DNA of 64,000 nt, taken from NCBI GenBank assembly GCA_964007735.1, contig CAXGAI010000006.1, forward strand, positions 62,001 through 126,000, written 5' to 3'. The stretch's first letter is position 1, and the number at the start of each line of letters is the position of its first letter. The stretch is from an uncultured Rhodopirellula sp. (lineage in GTDB: Bacteria; Planctomycetota; Planctomycetia; Pirellulales; Pirellulaceae). A program made the position numbers and the translations under genes. Below are positions 1 through 11,029 of the stretch, piece after piece. The notes below the pieces were generated by a model. The model worked only from the letters and a program-made list of their open reading frames with translations. It ran no database searches and had not been told where the DNA came from.

Positions 1-1202
1 ATGACAAATGTTTCTCCAAACTCATTAATACAAAAGATATGCCCGCGATAAGCCCAAGGTGAACTGGTAAAAGCTCGTCCAGCATTTAATCTTTGTTTCC
101 CATAAATTTCTTTTCCGGTCTGGCCATCAAAGCAGGCAAAAAAACCACGGTCATATAGTACATAAATACGGCCTTGATACAAAATCGTACTCGGGTTATA
201 GGGAGCGGCCTGTTTCTGACACCAGGCAATATATTCATTACTCGTCTCACGATCCTTGAGGCTAATATCTCCACTTGCCCCCGGCTTAATCGCAAACAAG
301 GGCTTTTTCTGATCAAGCACATAGCCACTACTGACATATAGTAAATCGTTTTCAGCATACGGCGTAGCAATCGTAATACTTGAGTTACCTCCAAATTCGT
401 ACAATAGTTCCCCATCTAGACTGTAAACACGATTCATTCCCGTGCCCGGTGTAACCAATTCTGTCCGCTGGGAATTTTTCCACACAAACGGTGTCGCCCA
501 GTTACTACCCTCAGGCCGTTTCGCCTGCCAAAGTTCTTTACCGGATTTCTTATGTAAAGCTAGCAACGTGGACTGTTCTTCATTGTCATCGACGATAAAC
601 AACTGATCTTCAAAAAGAACCGGTGAAGCTGCAGTGCCCCATCCATATCGAGTCTTAGAAACCTTACCGCGGCGTTCCCAAATCAACTTACCATCCAGAT
701 CTAAACAAAAAACTCCAACATGCCCAAAAGACAGGTATAACCGTTCACCGTCAGTGACTGCCGTTTCTGAGGCATAGCTATTCTTAATATGGATCGCGCC
801 TCCCGGAATCCCCTTGTGAACTTCTTTTTTCCACACTAGCGTTCCGGATTTCAGATCCCGACAAATTACCATCCAATGATGCACGCCTTCGGGCGGCTTG
901 GAACGATCCCCGCCGAAATACAAGCCTTTGCGAGCACCTTCCGTCTCTCCTTCATTAACAACGCTCGTGTAGTAAATCTTACCGGAGGTGATAATAGGCG
1001 ATGACCAACCACGCCCTGCCGTCTTCACTTCCCACTGGATACCGTTGCGTGTTTCATAATCCCACTCGACTGGCAATTGATCGTTGTCACTGATTCCGCG
1101 TGAACCTGGTCCGCGAAATTGATGCCATTGCTGAGCCGATGCATGTCCCATCACCAATTGAATCGATGTCAAAGTTATGAGTACGAGTGATATTTGTTTC
1201 AT
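1..1202 (-). CDS. PQQ-binding-like/BamB-type beta-propeller repeat protein with signal peptide (3' end runs off the window; not in the ORF track)
   Basis: ATG at 1202 reads MKQISLVLITLTSIQLVMGHASAQQWHQFRGPGSRG...LPVEW...GRGWSSPIITSGKIY...NSYASETAVTDGERLYLSFG...GWGTAASPVLF. The WxQFRGP start and repeated SP/W blades are typical of planctomycete PQQ-like propellers. Confidence 0.85.
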   Translation of the reverse strand, partial: MKQISLVLITLTSIQLVMGHASAQQWHQFRGPGSRGISDNDQLPVEWDYETRNGIQWEVKTAGRGWSSPIITSGKIYYTSVVNEGETEGARKGLYFGGDRSKPPEGVHHWMVICRDLKSGTLVWKKEVHKGIPGGAIHIKNSYASETAVTDGERLYLSFGHVGVFCLDLDGKLIWERRGKVSKTRYGWGTAASPVLFEDQLFIVDDNEEQSTLLALHKKSGKELWQAKRPEGSNWATPFVWKNSQRTELVTPGTGMNRVYSLDGELLYEFGGNSSITIATPYAENDLLYVSSGYVLDQKKPLFAIKPGASGDISLKDRETSNEYIAWCQKQAAPYNPSTILYQGRIYVLYDRGFFACFDGQTGKEIYGKQRLNAGRAFTSSPWAYRGHIFCINEFGETFV

Positions 1203-1339
1203 CTTCGTTTATTTTCTTGGTTAAGTAATTTCTTAAACTTCTATTGCGGCATCATCGATCGAGCAAGCCGAAGAGGCTATATTGCAAGTAGTCAAAGTGA
1301 CACAACAACTATTGCAACTATAACCGAAAGGACATTCTG

Positions 1340-1939
1340 ATGAAGCGATCTTTCACGAAGATCTGTGGAATGCTGGCCTTACTAATGATGACTGCCGTTC
1401 CGCTGAATGCCGAAGTCAAAACAGGAGATCGTGCTCCTGACTTCGCGTTAGCTGGCAGCGATGGTAAAGTCCACAAATTATCGGATTACAAGGGAAAGGT
1501 AGTCATTGTTGCCTGGTTCCCTAAGGCATTTACTGGTGGTTGAACGGCCCAATGTGATTCGCTGCGTGTCAGCGGAGTTAAAAATGGGTTTGATCTAAAG
1601 CTACTTGGGGATCGAACATTTAGCATTGCGGCTCGTGAAAAAGGCTCTGGTCTCGACAAGTTTGACGTAGCCTTCTTTACGGCAAGTTGTGACACTGCTG
1701 AGACTAATCAGCGTTATGCAGAATCTCTGCAATTGGATTATCCAATTCTTAGTGACCCCCAAAAGAAGACCGCCCGCACCTATGGCGTTGTCAATGACGA
1801 GCGACCTGTTCCTTTTCGTTGGACCTATATCATTGGCGTTAATGGGAAAATTCTTCATGTCGACAAACAAGTTAACGCGAAAAGTCATGGCGCCGACCTC
1901 GTAAAAAAACTGAAAGAGTTGGGTGTGCGGGAAAAGTAA
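1340..1939 (+). CDS. Exported peroxiredoxin (AhpC/TSA, BCP/PrxQ-like), probable selenoprotein with in-frame UGA=Sec at 1541-1543; 199 aa
   Basis: ORFs 1340..1543 and 1733..1939 share a frame, and the sequence between them is open. Joined product: ...GDRAPDFAL...LSDYKGKVVIVAWFPKAFTGG-U-TAQCDSLR...FTASCD...YPILSD...PFRWTYIIG. The TGA falls on the C of the Prx PxxxTxxC motif. N-terminal signal peptide ends PLNA. Confidence 0.88.
1546..1590 (+). promoter_or_regulatory. Putative bacterial SECIS hairpin
   Basis: Upper stem TTCGCTG (1558-1564) pairs with CAGCGGA (1570-1576), one G-U. Loop is CGTGT with G at position 2, 21 nt after the TGA. Lower stem GGCCCA (1546-1551) pairs with TGGGTT (1585-1590). 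Confidence 0.7.
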
Positions 1940-2020
1940 CTTAACCGTCCCCTTAAATCAGTAATGAATCCTCCTAGTTTCCAAAGCCTTTAGAGCTGGA
2001 TGAAATAGGAGGATTTCTTA

Positions 2021-4455
<2,435 letters not shown>

Positions 4456-4734
4456 CGGACCCGGCCTTTCGTTCGCCCTTGTAAATATCCTGTTCTAAAT
4501 AAAAGACAGGTTCACCGTGCAATATCTCAGATTACTGGATACTAGCCTATCTACTCGTTATCGAAAATCCCGCTTAACCCCCTCATTCATACCAAAATCA
4601 ACTGGAATTCCGAATTCTAAAATTCTATCATGAGGGATTAGTGATCTGTCAAAGTACCTCACTGTATACCCTGTGAAATATTGGGAACCGGCAGCGGCGA
4701 TATGAACACTGTTTAGATCTGAGCGGAGCTCCAT

Positions 4735-7686
4735 TTGGCAGCCACAAACCACACTGTAAGCGATGATCTAGAGGGTCGCGACGGCCTAGATATCCAGCTA
4801 CGTGGTGTCCATGTCCACAATCTCAAAAACGTGGATCTAGACATCCCCCATAATCAGTTAGTCGCATTCTGTGGCGTCAGTGGAAGTGGCAAGACAAGTC
4901 TGGCATTAGACACTCTCTATGCGGAAGGGCAACGTCGTTATATCGAGAGTTTCTCCGCCTATACCCGCCAGTTTCTTGATCGTCTAGAAAAACCGGCCGC
5001 GGAACGCATCGACGGGATCCCTCCGGCGATCGCAGTCACTCGAGGCAACCACAATCGCAGCAGTCGATCCACCATTGGGACAGCCACCGAAACCGCTGAT
5101 TATCTTCGTCTTCTGTTTGCTCGCATCGGAGAAATTACCTGCCATGGCTGTGAAAACATTATCCAAAAAGACTCACCTCAATCGGTGGCCGATGAAATCT
5201 ACAATTTGCCCGATCACTCACGTTTCATGGTGGGATTTGCAACCATCATCTCCGCCGAGACTCTCGAATGGAGTGACCAACAAGAGGATGCCGATGGGGT
5301 CTCGATACTTGAGAATTACCTCGCCCACTTTTTAGAAGATGGTTTTGTCCGTGTGATTGCAGGTGGAACTACTTATCGCCTTGAAGACGAAGGCTCCACT
5401 TTAATTGACTATTGCAAGAACTGCCTATCCACCAGTGAAGAGCCCGTCGAACTTCTCTTTATTGTAGACCGTTTATCCCTACAGAGAGATGATAAATTCG
5501 ATGGTCGCTTACGGGATTCGCTTGAAGTTGTCTTCAGTCAGCCTGAGTCAACCTGTGTAATTACCATCGAAGGCCCTGAACCAATTGATAAGTTACTGAA
5601 AAGTTCCGATCAGATTGTCATCGACGGTCGCGAATGGTTCCAACGCCGTTTTAGTGCTGGCTATCGTTGTGACCAATGCAATCTCGAATATGCGAGTCCC
5701 GAACCTAGACTCTATAGTTTCAATAGTCCGTTGGGAGCGTGTACTGAATGCGAAGGATTTGGAAACATTATCGATAACGATATGGAGTTGATTGTTCCCG
5801 ACCCGAGTAAATCTCTTCGTGAAGGCGCGATTGCCCCTTGGAAAACACCTGCTTACGAACACGAATTGCAGGAATTGCTTGCTTTAGCAGACGACTATGA
5901 ATTACCGGTCGATATTCCGTTCCGTGAGCTAACCAAAGCTCATTTGAAGATTATTCACGAAGGCGTACCGGAACGTAACTTTGGCGGTCTAAACGGCTTC
6001 TTTGCCTGGCTTGAACGTCGCAAATACAAAATGCACCTACGCGTGTTTCTCAGTCGCTGGAGGAGTTACCGACAGTGTCCAAAATGTCTTGGCGCCCGTC
6101 TGAAGTCGGAATCGCTGGCAACGAAAGTCGGGGGGAAAAATATCGCCGAAATTTGCCAACTAAAAATTCGTGAGGCCATCGAATTTTTCAAACAGATCGA
6201 ATTTACCGAATGGCAACGAGAGGTTGCCCGACACGTGATTGAACAGATTCACTCCAGACTACATTATCTAAACACGGTCGGACTGGGGTATTTAACACTG
6301 GACCGCACATTACGCACGCTCAGCGGCGGTGAAGCGCAACGCGTCAGTTTGACCACGGCCTTGGGATCGAATCTGGTAAACATGCTTTATGTACTGGATG
6401 AGCCTACGGTCGGCCTACACCCAAAAGATGTAAGGCATCTCTGTAAAGCCATTATCGGCTTAAGAGATCGAGGCAATACAGTGGTGGTTGTAGACCACGA
6501 AGAAGAAATGCTGCGTAACGCTGACCAACTTATCGAGGTGGGACCTGGTGCCGGAGACCGCGGTGGAAAGATCACGTTTCAGGGAACTATCGAGGAAATG
6601 CTAACTCAGGATGACAATCTTACCGGCAGTTATATGGCCGGAACGCGTGGAGTGGTGATTCCCGAACGCCGTCGTCCGGCCAATCGAGGCTGGCTGAAAC
6701 TCAAAGGTGCTAGCGGCAATAATCTAAAAGATCTGACGGTCGAATTCCCACTGGGTGTCCTCTGTTTGGTCACCGGAGTAAGTGGCTCCGGCAAAAGCAC
6801 ACTTGTCCAGGACACCTTGTACGGTGCTGTCTGTCGTCGCAAGAGAAAGGATGCTTCTAAACCACTGCCATACAAGGATATCGTGGGGGATGGGCAGATC
6901 GATGATGTTGTCCTCGTAGATCAAAGCCCAATAGGACGTTCCCCTCGTTCAAATCCGGTAACGTACATTAAAGCCTTCGACCAAATTCGCGCAGTTTTTG
7001 CGGACACTGTAGAAGCCCGAACTCACAATTATACCGCAGGCCACTTCAGCTTTAATGTGGACGGAGGCCGCTGTAGTGTTTGCAAAGGGGACGGTCAGTT
7101 GGAAATTGATATGCAATTTCTGGCCGATGTCTATATGAATTGCCCTCAATGTGGTGGAACCCGATACCGGGACGAAATATTGGACGTCACCTACCGGGGC
7201 TTCAATATTGCAGACGTTCTGAGTATGACAGTACGCGAAGCATTCTCCTTCTTCCGTGGTCAGAACAAAGTTCAGACGAAGCTCAAACGTCTTATCGACG
7301 TAGGACTGGACTACCTGCAACTTGGACAACCCGCTAACACCCTCTCTTCCGGTGAGGCCCAACGGTTGAAATTAGCTGCCTACATGTCGACACACAAACG
7401 CAATCGCACGTTATTTATCCTGGATGAGCCTTCGACAGGCTTACACTTCAATGACATCCTACAACTTCAGGATTGCTTCGATACACTCTTAGCACTTGGG
7501 CATTCACTAATTATTGTCGAGCACAACCTACAACTCATGAAGGCGGCCGATTATATTATCGACATTGGTCCTGGAGCAGCCGATGAAGGAGGAACAGTGA
7601 TCGCACAGGGAACCCCTGAAGAACTCGCTCGAATCGAACAGTCACATACAGGACGCTTTCTTCGAGACGTGCTGGATATCGCCTGA
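4735..7686 (+). CDS. uvrA: Excinuclease ABC subunit A (UvrA family)
   Basis: HNLKNVDL, GVSGSGKTSLA, AEGQRRYIES, two ABC modules (LSGGEAQR, LSSGEAQRLKLA), CxxC zinc sites, FSFNVDGGRC. Confidence 0.95.
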   Translation: MAATNHTVSDDLEGRDGLDIQLRGVHVHNLKNVDLDIPHNQLVAFCGVSGSGKTSLALDTLYAEGQRRYIESFSAYTRQFLDRLEKPAAERIDGIPPAIAVTRGNHNRSSRSTIGTATETADYLRLLFARIGEITCHGCENIIQKDSPQSVADEIYNLPDHSRFMVGFATIISAETLEWSDQQEDADGVSILENYLAHFLEDGFVRVIAGGTTYRLEDEGSTLIDYCKNCLSTSEEPVELLFIVDRLSLQRDDKFDGRLRDSLEVVFSQPESTCVITIEGPEPIDKLLKSSDQIVIDGREWFQRRFSAGYRCDQCNLEYASPEPRLYSFNSPLGACTECEGFGNIIDNDMELIVPDPSKSLREGAIAPWKTPAYEHELQELLALADDYELPVDIPFRELTKAHLKIIHEGVPERNFGGLNGFFAWLERRKYKMHLRVFLSRWRSYRQCPKCLGARLKSESLATKVGGKNIAEICQLKIREAIEFFKQIEFTEWQREVARHVIEQIHSRLHYLNTVGLGYLTLDRTLRTLSGGEAQRVSLTTALGSNLVNMLYVLDEPTVGLHPKDVRHLCKAIIGLRDRGNTVVVVDHEEEMLRNADQLIEVGPGAGDRGGKITFQGTIEEMLTQDDNLTGSYMAGTRGVVIPERRRPANRGWLKLKGASGNNLKDLTVEFPLGVLCLVTGVSGSGKSTLVQDTLYGAVCRRKRKDASKPLPYKDIVGDGQIDDVVLVDQSPIGRSPRSNPVTYIKAFDQIRAVFADTVEARTHNYTAGHFSFNVDGGRCSVCKGDGQLEIDMQFLADVYMNCPQCGGTRYRDEILDVTYRGFNIADVLSMTVREAFSFFRGQNKVQTKLKRLIDVGLDYLQLGQPANTLSSGEAQRLKLAAYMSTHKRNRTLFILDEPSTGLHFNDILQLQDCFDTLLALGHSLIIVEHNLQLMKAADYIIDIGPGAADEGGTVIAQGTPEELARIEQSHTGRFLRDVLDIA

Positions 7687-7691
7687 AAAAC

Positions 7692-8615
7692 ATGTCGCAA
7701 CCCAATTCCACACCTACCCCGAAACTCTTTTATACGAACCTCAATAGTGTTCGAGTGTCCGTCTATGCCTCAATCGATGACAAATTCTGTTGGGCCGATG
7801 GATGGAGAATCGACGGAGATGTATATGGCCCACACTGTAAACTTAGCGACACGCTGCCTGCAAGAATTAAACTTCAGGATCTGGGCGCGGGAAAATCGCC
7901 GCTGTCGTCAGCAATCGTCCCTGACCCATGCCCTTGGTCTGCTGAATTACCTGCCACGTATAAAGTCACTACGAATATCAGCCAGAAAGATAAACTCATT
8001 CAGTCCAACGTGCAGCAACTTGCTTTCAAAACACTGACCACAAATTCCGGCAAACTGCAATTAACCGATCTCAATGGATTTACAAAGCGATGGGTTCTTC
8101 GAGCGGCCGCCGGAACCGTCAGCTCGGCATTGAGTGACGGTGGTGAAGAATGTCGTGAGCTACGACTGTCACGAATTATTGTCGATCCTGACACCGATGA
8201 TTACAGCCGTGCTACCGAACAAGGGCTTTGGATCATTGCCGTCTGCAATCCCTCAGAATCAACCTTACAACAACAACTTGACAGTCTCAGTCCATGGCCG
8301 TGTGTTGCCTGCTGTATCCTGCCAGCAGAGACAGATTTAAACAACATCCAACAGCCAGACGACTTACTTCTGGGAACTTACATAACCAACAATCAAGTGG
8401 TCCCTGATTGGGCTGAGTTAATCATCGCGGACGCGATCGATCCTATAAAATTCAACTCCCGGTGGGATTCCTCTGTAATTCCTGTCATTGCACATCAGTT
8501 GACCTCGTACAATAATGACCGAAACGCAAGAGAAAAATGTGCAGCCTTGCAAGCGAGTCTGGCTCCGCGAACAAATTACGCCGGCTACGTTATCAGTAAA
8601 CAGCCACTTTATTAA
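7692..8615 (+). CDS. Hypothetical protein, possibly a degenerate GH2-like (Ig domain + TIM barrel) fold
   Basis: 307 aa, closely spaced between uvrA and moeB. VPDPCPWSAELPATYKV and LNG...VLR resemble the GH2 PxxWSxExPxLY / LNG-x-R segments. Confidence 0.6.
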   Translation: MSQPNSTPTPKLFYTNLNSVRVSVYASIDDKFCWADGWRIDGDVYGPHCKLSDTLPARIKLQDLGAGKSPLSSAIVPDPCPWSAELPATYKVTTNISQKDKLIQSNVQQLAFKTLTTNSGKLQLTDLNGFTKRWVLRAAAGTVSSALSDGGEECRELRLSRIIVDPDTDDYSRATEQGLWIIAVCNPSESTLQQQLDSLSPWPCVACCILPAETDLNNIQQPDDLLLGTYITNNQVVPDWAELIIADAIDPIKFNSRWDSSVIPVIAHQLTSYNNDRNAREKCAALQASLAPRTNYAGYVISKQPLY

Positions 8616-8633
8616 GTTCAGGATTAACCAGAT

Positions 8634-9683
8634 TTGAGTCAGGACATTCCCGAAGAATTACAACGCTATGTTCGCCAAATGCGATACACGCCATTGGGCA
8701 TTGAGGGACAACTTCAATTGGCTCAAAGCCGAGTGTTGATCTGCGGTTGTGGGGCATTGGGAAGTGTACTGGCGAATACTCTGGCTCGGGCTGGTATTGG
8801 TTTTTTGAGGATCGTTGATCGCGACTTTTTAGAGTGGAACAATCTTCAACGTCAGGTACTGTACACCGAGCACGACGTGAAAGCTGGGCTTCCTAAGGCC
8901 ATCGCAGCCAAAGACCATCTTCACCAGATCAACTCAGAGATCGAAATTGAGGCCGTTGTCGCTAACGTATCTGCTGAGAACATTGGTGAGTTGATCGATT
9001 CCGTCGATTGTATCGTTGACGGAACCGACAACTTCGAAACTCGGTTTCTGCTCAATGATGCGGCCATCAAACATAACATTCCCTGGGTCTACGGAGGGTG
9101 CATCGGAAGTGAAGGTCAAACAATGACTATTCTGCCCGGGGAGACCCCCTGCCTTCACTGTCTCATGCACGGTGGACCTCCTCCGCCTGGCACCACACCC
9201 ACCTGTGACTCGGCTGGAATCCTCTCTCCAATCATTAATGTCATTGCTTCGCTACAAGCTTTGGAAGTCATCAAAATCGTCAGTGGTAATCGTGACAGAA
9301 TCAGTCGTGCATTACAGATTTTTGACCTTTGGGACAACCAAATTCGTCAAGTAAAACTAACACAGTTAAAAGAAGCTGGAGAGTGCCCAACCTGTCACAG
9401 TCATCAATTTGACTGGTTATCCGGAAAACATGGCAGTCAATCGGCTATCCTTTGTGGTCGAAACGCCGTCCAATTGTCATTCTCTGGTGAGTCAAAAATC
9501 AATCTGGAACACCTTCGTGAGAAGCTAAGCGGTCTGGGAACCATCGACAGCAACCCTTTTCTTTTAAGAGCTGTCATTGACGAATTTGAAATTACAGTCT
9601 TCGCCGACGGTCGCGCTATCATCAAAGGGACGGAAGACGAAGTCGTTGCGCGTAATCTTTACGCAAAATACATTGGTAATTAG
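8634..9683 (+). CDS. ThiF/MoeB-family adenylyltransferase with C-terminal extension
   Basis: RYVRQ, GCGALG, DRD..E..NLQRQ, DGTDNFETR, PCLHC/CPTC zinc ligands, LCGRNAVQ...FADGRAIIKGT tail. Confidence 0.9.
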   Translation: MSQDIPEELQRYVRQMRYTPLGIEGQLQLAQSRVLICGCGALGSVLANTLARAGIGFLRIVDRDFLEWNNLQRQVLYTEHDVKAGLPKAIAAKDHLHQINSEIEIEAVVANVSAENIGELIDSVDCIVDGTDNFETRFLLNDAAIKHNIPWVYGGCIGSEGQTMTILPGETPCLHCLMHGGPPPPGTTPTCDSAGILSPIINVIASLQALEVIKIVSGNRDRISRALQIFDLWDNQIRQVKLTQLKEAGECPTCHSHQFDWLSGKHGSQSAILCGRNAVQLSFSGESKINLEHLREKLSGLGTIDSNPFLLRAVIDEFEITVFADGRAIIKGTEDEVVARNLYAKYIGN

Positions 9684-9847
9684 GGTTGTTTGAAGAATGT
9701 TTCGGGGCTTTGAGTTAGCTTAAATTACCTTGGTTTACCTTGCTAGGTTCCCATTCTCAAAATAAAATTGGTAGTTTGGGGTCATGCTTATCGCTTGTTT
9801 CCGAAAACGTTGATCCATTCACTCAGATTTACCACAAGGAACGCGGA

Positions 9848-10939
9848 ATGAAACGCTTCTTTTGCTTCACATTACTAATGCTGGCTTCCGTGATTGCCGG
9901 CTGCGATTCTGGCGATAACAACAGCTCGAATACTAGCCCGGAAATTCCGGATAATACCGACCCCATTGTAGTGACTACTCCTACCGTTGCGTATGTTACC
10001 AATGGCATCGCTTCCTTCTGGGACATTGCAGAAGCCGGTGCTCAACAAGCCGGGAAAGACCTCAACGTCGACGTTCAGGTCCATATGCCTGTCGACGGAG
10101 TACAGGATCAAAAGCGAATGCTCGAAGACCTTATTACACAACAGGTAGATGGTGTCGCAGTCAGCCCTATCGACTCTGACAACCAATTAGACCTGCTTAA
10201 TTTGGTCGCAGACGAAACGACTCTGATCACTCACGACTCGGATGCGGCTGATTCGAACCGAGAACTGTATATTGGAATGAGCAACTACGATGCTGGTTGG
10301 ATGTGTGGTGAATTGATCGAAGAAGCCACTGCAGACGTGGCTGGGCAGGTTTCCATCATGATCTTTGTTGGTCGTTTGGAACAAGTGAACGCACGTCAGC
10401 GTCGTCAGGGCTTAATTGACTACCTGATGAAACGAGAAAAAGACGATCAACGTTACGACGAACCTGGTCAGGTAATCGAAAACGAGCGATTCTCAATCCT
10501 CGGCACTCGCACCGACGACTTTGATTCCAACAAATGTAAGTCCTACGTCGAAGATACCCTGACCGCCTATCCGGACATCACCTGTATGGTTGGTCTGTTC
10601 GCATACAACCCGCCGCAGATTCTTGAAGCTTTGACTTCAGCGGACAAGCTGAATGAAGTTCACGTGATTGGCTTCGATGAAGATGCTCAAACGCTGCAGG
10701 GAATTGTTGATGGAACTTGCTACGGCACCGTGGTTCAGAATCCTTATCAATACGGCTATCAATCAGTGAAGGTGCTGGCGGAGCACGCTACAGGTGTCAA
10801 GAACATTTCTGAGCTCGACGACTTCATTGACATTCCAGCACGTAAAATCCTGAAAAACAATGTGCAGGAGTTCTGGGACGAATTGAAGAAATTGACCGGT
10901 GAAGACGATGCTGATGAAGGAAGCGATTCAGCCGAGTAA
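9848..10939 (+). CDS. Sugar ABC transporter substrate-binding lipoprotein (RbsB-like)
   Basis: AAGGA then ATG at 9848; lipobox IAGC; VTNGIASFW, DGVAVSP, YIGMSNYDAG, IGFDED, TVVQNPY. Confidence 0.9.
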   Translation: MKRFFCFTLLMLASVIAGCDSGDNNSSNTSPEIPDNTDPIVVTTPTVAYVTNGIASFWDIAEAGAQQAGKDLNVDVQVHMPVDGVQDQKRMLEDLITQQVDGVAVSPIDSDNQLDLLNLVADETTLITHDSDAADSNRELYIGMSNYDAGWMCGELIEEATADVAGQVSIMIFVGRLEQVNARQRRQGLIDYLMKREKDDQRYDEPGQVIENERFSILGTRTDDFDSNKCKSYVEDTLTAYPDITCMVGLFAYNPPQILEALTSADKLNEVHVIGFDEDAQTLQGIVDGTCYGTVVQNPYQYGYQSVKVLAEHATGVKNISELDDFIDIPARKILKNNVQEFWDELKKLTGEDDADEGSDSAE

Positions 10940-10968
10940 GACTCCAACGATCATTGTTATCGAAATCC

Positions 10969-11015
10969 AACTGGGGACTGTCTTTCAGTTTTGAATACAG
11001 TCCCCAGTTTTTTTT
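10969..11015 (+). terminator. Intra-operon hairpin with U-tract
   Basis: AACTGGGGACTGT...ACAGTCCCCAGTT followed by a T run, between the SBP and ATPase genes. Confidence 0.7.
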
Positions 11016-11029
11016 GATCTGAGAACAGC

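Noticed and set aside
86..415. 109-aa minus-strand ORF in the track
   Set aside because: It is an alternative frame inside the PQQ-like propeller gene that starts at 1202 and runs off the window.
1340..1939. Pseudogene (nonsense mutation) reading of the split peroxiredoxin
   Set aside because: The stop is TGA, sits exactly at the catalytic Cys position, is followed by a SECIS-like hairpin, and both halves are intact. This is disfavoured but not formally excluded.
4456..4734. LexA/SOS box between the divergent ligA unit and uvrA (TGAACACTGTTTA near 4703-4715)
   Set aside because: It is only an imperfect short palindrome and does not match the GAAC-N4-GTTC or CTGT-N8-ACAG spacing.
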